A stretch of 64,000 nucleotides of DNA from Phoronis australis (taxonomy: Eukaryota; Animalia; Phoronida), in NCBI GenBank assembly GCA_002633005.1, contig NMRA01000442.1:315732-379731 (forward strand), given 5' to 3'. Below, piece by piece: positions 61,496-64,000 of the stretch; position 1 is the stretch's first letter; every line of letters begins with the position of its first letter. The notes under the pieces are model-generated. The model saw only the letters and a list, made by a program, of their open reading frames with translations. It ran no database searches and was not told the DNA's origin. Made by a program: the position numbers and the translations under genes.

Positions 61496-62426
61496 NNNNN
61501 NNNNNNNNNNNNNNNNNNNNNNNNNNNNNNNNNNNNNNNNNNNNNNNNNNNNNNNNNNNNNNNNNNNNNNNNNNNNNNNNNNNNNNNNNNNNNNNNNNNN
61601 NNNNNNNNNNNNNNNNNNNNNNNNNNNNNNNNNNNNNNNNNNNNNNNNNNNNNNNNNNNNNNNNNNNNNNNNNNNNNNNNNNNNNNNNNNNNNNNNNNNN
61701 NNNNNNNNNNNNNNNNNNNNNNNNNNNNNNNNNNNNNNNNNNNNNNNNNNNNNNNNNNNNNNNNNNNNNNNNNNNNNNNNNNNNNNNNNNNNNNNNNNNN
61801 NNNNNNNNNNNNNNNNNNNNNNNNNNNNNNNNNNNNNNNNNNNNNNNNNNNNNNNNNNNNNNNNNNNNNNNNNNNNNNNNNNNNNNNNNNNNNNNNNNNN
61901 NNNNNNNNNNNNNNNNNNNNNNNNNNNNNNNNNNNNNNNNNNNNNNNNNNNNNNNNNNNNNNNNNNNNNNNNNNNNNNNNNNNNNNNNNNNNNNNNNNNN
62001 NNNNNNNNNNNNNNNNNNNNNNNNNNNNNNNNNNNNNNNNNNNNNNNNNNNNNNNNNNNNNNNNNNNNNNNNNNNNNNNNNNNNNNNNNNNNNNNNNNNN
62101 NNNNNNNNNNNNNNNNNNNNNNNNNNNNNNNNNNNNNNNNNNNNNNNNNNNNNNNNNNNNNNNNNNNNNNNNNNNNNNNNNNNNNNNNNNNNNNNNNNNN
62201 NNNNNNNNNNNNNNNNNNNNNNNNNNNNNNNNNNNNNNNNNNNNNNNNNNNNNNNNNNNNNNNNNNNNNNNNNNNNNNNNNNNNNNNNNNNNNNNNNNNN
62301 NNNNNNNNNNNNNNNNNNNNNNNNNNNNNNNNNNNNNNNNNNNNNNNNNNNNNNNNNNNNNNNNNNNNNNNNNNNNNNNNNNNNNNNNNNNNNNNNNNNN
62401 NNNNNNNNNNNNNNNNNNNNNNNNNN
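61496..62426. other. Assembly gap
   Basis: Run of N after a poly-G tract. Confidence 1.
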
Positions 62427-63269
62427 CCTGGGTTTTGAGGTATCGGCTAATTCAAACGTGTACCCTGTTTTAAATGGTGATGAATAGAGATATATCTTAA
62501 CTTGTGTGACAATAACTTGTATAATGACGAAAAACTTATAGTATTAACGCTCATTCTTTAAAATTAAAGAGTTTAAATATTTTCAATGAAATTTCCAAAG
62601 AACTGGGAGTGAAAAATTGAAAAAAGGGGTCAACGACCCACAGTTTATCTATAGTGCAGACTACTTTCTCCAACTGTGGTATTCATGCATAAAGTGCATG
62701 CATTTAACATTAACTACATTCACTCAACTCCTATGCTGGAAGACCGTAGATTTGATCGTTTGCACAGGAAGCAGTTATTGATTTGACAACGGTGATAATA
62801 CAGGTACACCTTTTGCCTTTTGGTCTCAAATTTTGTTTGTTCACCATATTTCCGGATAGCATTCAACAGTGGCTGTAGTACAATGACAAAATAGAATTTG
62901 TGGACTACTTTAGTAAGTCCCATAGTGTCGCATTATAACGGGGAAATCAGAAACGTATTTTACTTTCTTATGAAACGCGAGTAGTAGCTCAGTGAAACAT
63001 AAGAATATGAAACACAGATTTCCTTCTTTCATACCCAAAAAGTAAAAGAAATACATGTACGTTAAAAAATATGTTATAGGCTTTGCTGTACTACTAAATG
63101 TCAAATGAACCAAAGTTCAATTTGGAGAAGCAAAATTACGCCCATTAGCGGAGTGCGTGTTTAACAGAAACTACGAAGTAAATAGCCTATGCAAATTATC
63201 ACAACGGCCTAAAAATACAAAATTAGTTTTTAAATTTACATTAACACATCGCGCCTTACTAACGTTATG

Positions 63270-63768
63270 TAGCACCTTCTCGTCATGCCTGTATATTTAG
63301 CCAAATAAATATATACTAACTTTAAGACTCTGTACTGTTTTGAACCATATCTTAAGTTACCGCTACACAATAGTCTTATTCAAGCGTTTACTCGTTTACG
63401 TTGCTCCAACCACAGACTACAAGTGGAAGTGGGTAGACACGAGAAAGTGGAATATTACAATAGATTATGTATGGCTTGCAATGATGGTCTTGTAGAGGAT
63501 GAATACCATTTCCTGTTGGTTTGCAAGGGATATTGTGAACTTTGGTCACGTTTTATGAAGGAAGTTCAATGGAGGCATCCAACTCAAGAATCCTGTATAC
63601 GCCTGCTCGCTAATCCAGATATATCTGCTGTTAAATATGTGTATCTTGCCCTTAAAAGACGAGAACAACTCTTAAATGGGTTGACTGTTTGTGCAAATGT
63701 GCCTGATTAATTATTTTGTTTATTGTACTTTGGGCCAGAGGCCTTCAATACAAATACAAATAAACTAA
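63270..63768 (+). mobile_element. 3' end of a non-LTR retrotransposon (RTE-X/CR1-like) with Cys/His motif and short repeat tail
   Basis: EPYL..FTRLRCSNHRLQVEVGRH..RLCMAC..VEDEYHFLLVC, followed by a (CAAATA)n tail at about 63746-63765. Confidence 0.8.
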
Positions 63769-64000
63769 ACAATGACTTGGTGATGAAGATAAAATAACAT
63801 TAGAAAGTTAAAACAGCGTTTCCACACGTTCATAAATACGTTGAAAAGTAAGGAATAGTTATGTCCCCATCTGGGACGTTTCTTGCACATTAGCGAGTGA
63901 AGCTATGGTGCGATCACGTGCTCCGCTTGCAGTGCATGGCAATAACTCTCAAAGAATTTCGTGATCTTGCGTTTTCACAATTTTTTATGTCTACAGAACG

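Noticed and set aside
61398-62438. 346-aa ORF
   Set aside because: Consists almost entirely of N-gap residues

Overview
Eukaryotic (invertebrate animal, AT-rich) draft-genome window. It is dominated by one large minus-strand multi-exon gene, unc-79, the scaffold subunit of the NALCN/UNC-80 sodium-leak channel complex. I reconstructed 29 phase-consistent coding exons by hand, from the ATG at 59027 (MTTKAATFDAKVRNLKDYYHR...) to the left edge of the window: about 4.37 kb of CDS, about 1455 codons, with the 3' end outside the window. One intron has a GC-AG donor. Five exons appear twice, next to single-N scaffold joins, most likely because both haplotypes were assembled. A separate, old diverged exon duplicate lies at about 1969-2076. 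The introns contain an L1/Tx1-like RT fragment next to (probably nested in) a decayed Harbinger transposon, a TTAA-flanked Kolobok-like element, a THAP relic, tRNA-derived SINE-like elements, hairpin MITEs, other LINE remnants and many minisatellites. There are no prokaryotic, CRISPR or rRNA features. I found no convincing wholly new system; the best leads concern splicing and RNA structure of the unc-79 pre-mRNA. Family assignments come from remembered motifs, not database searches.
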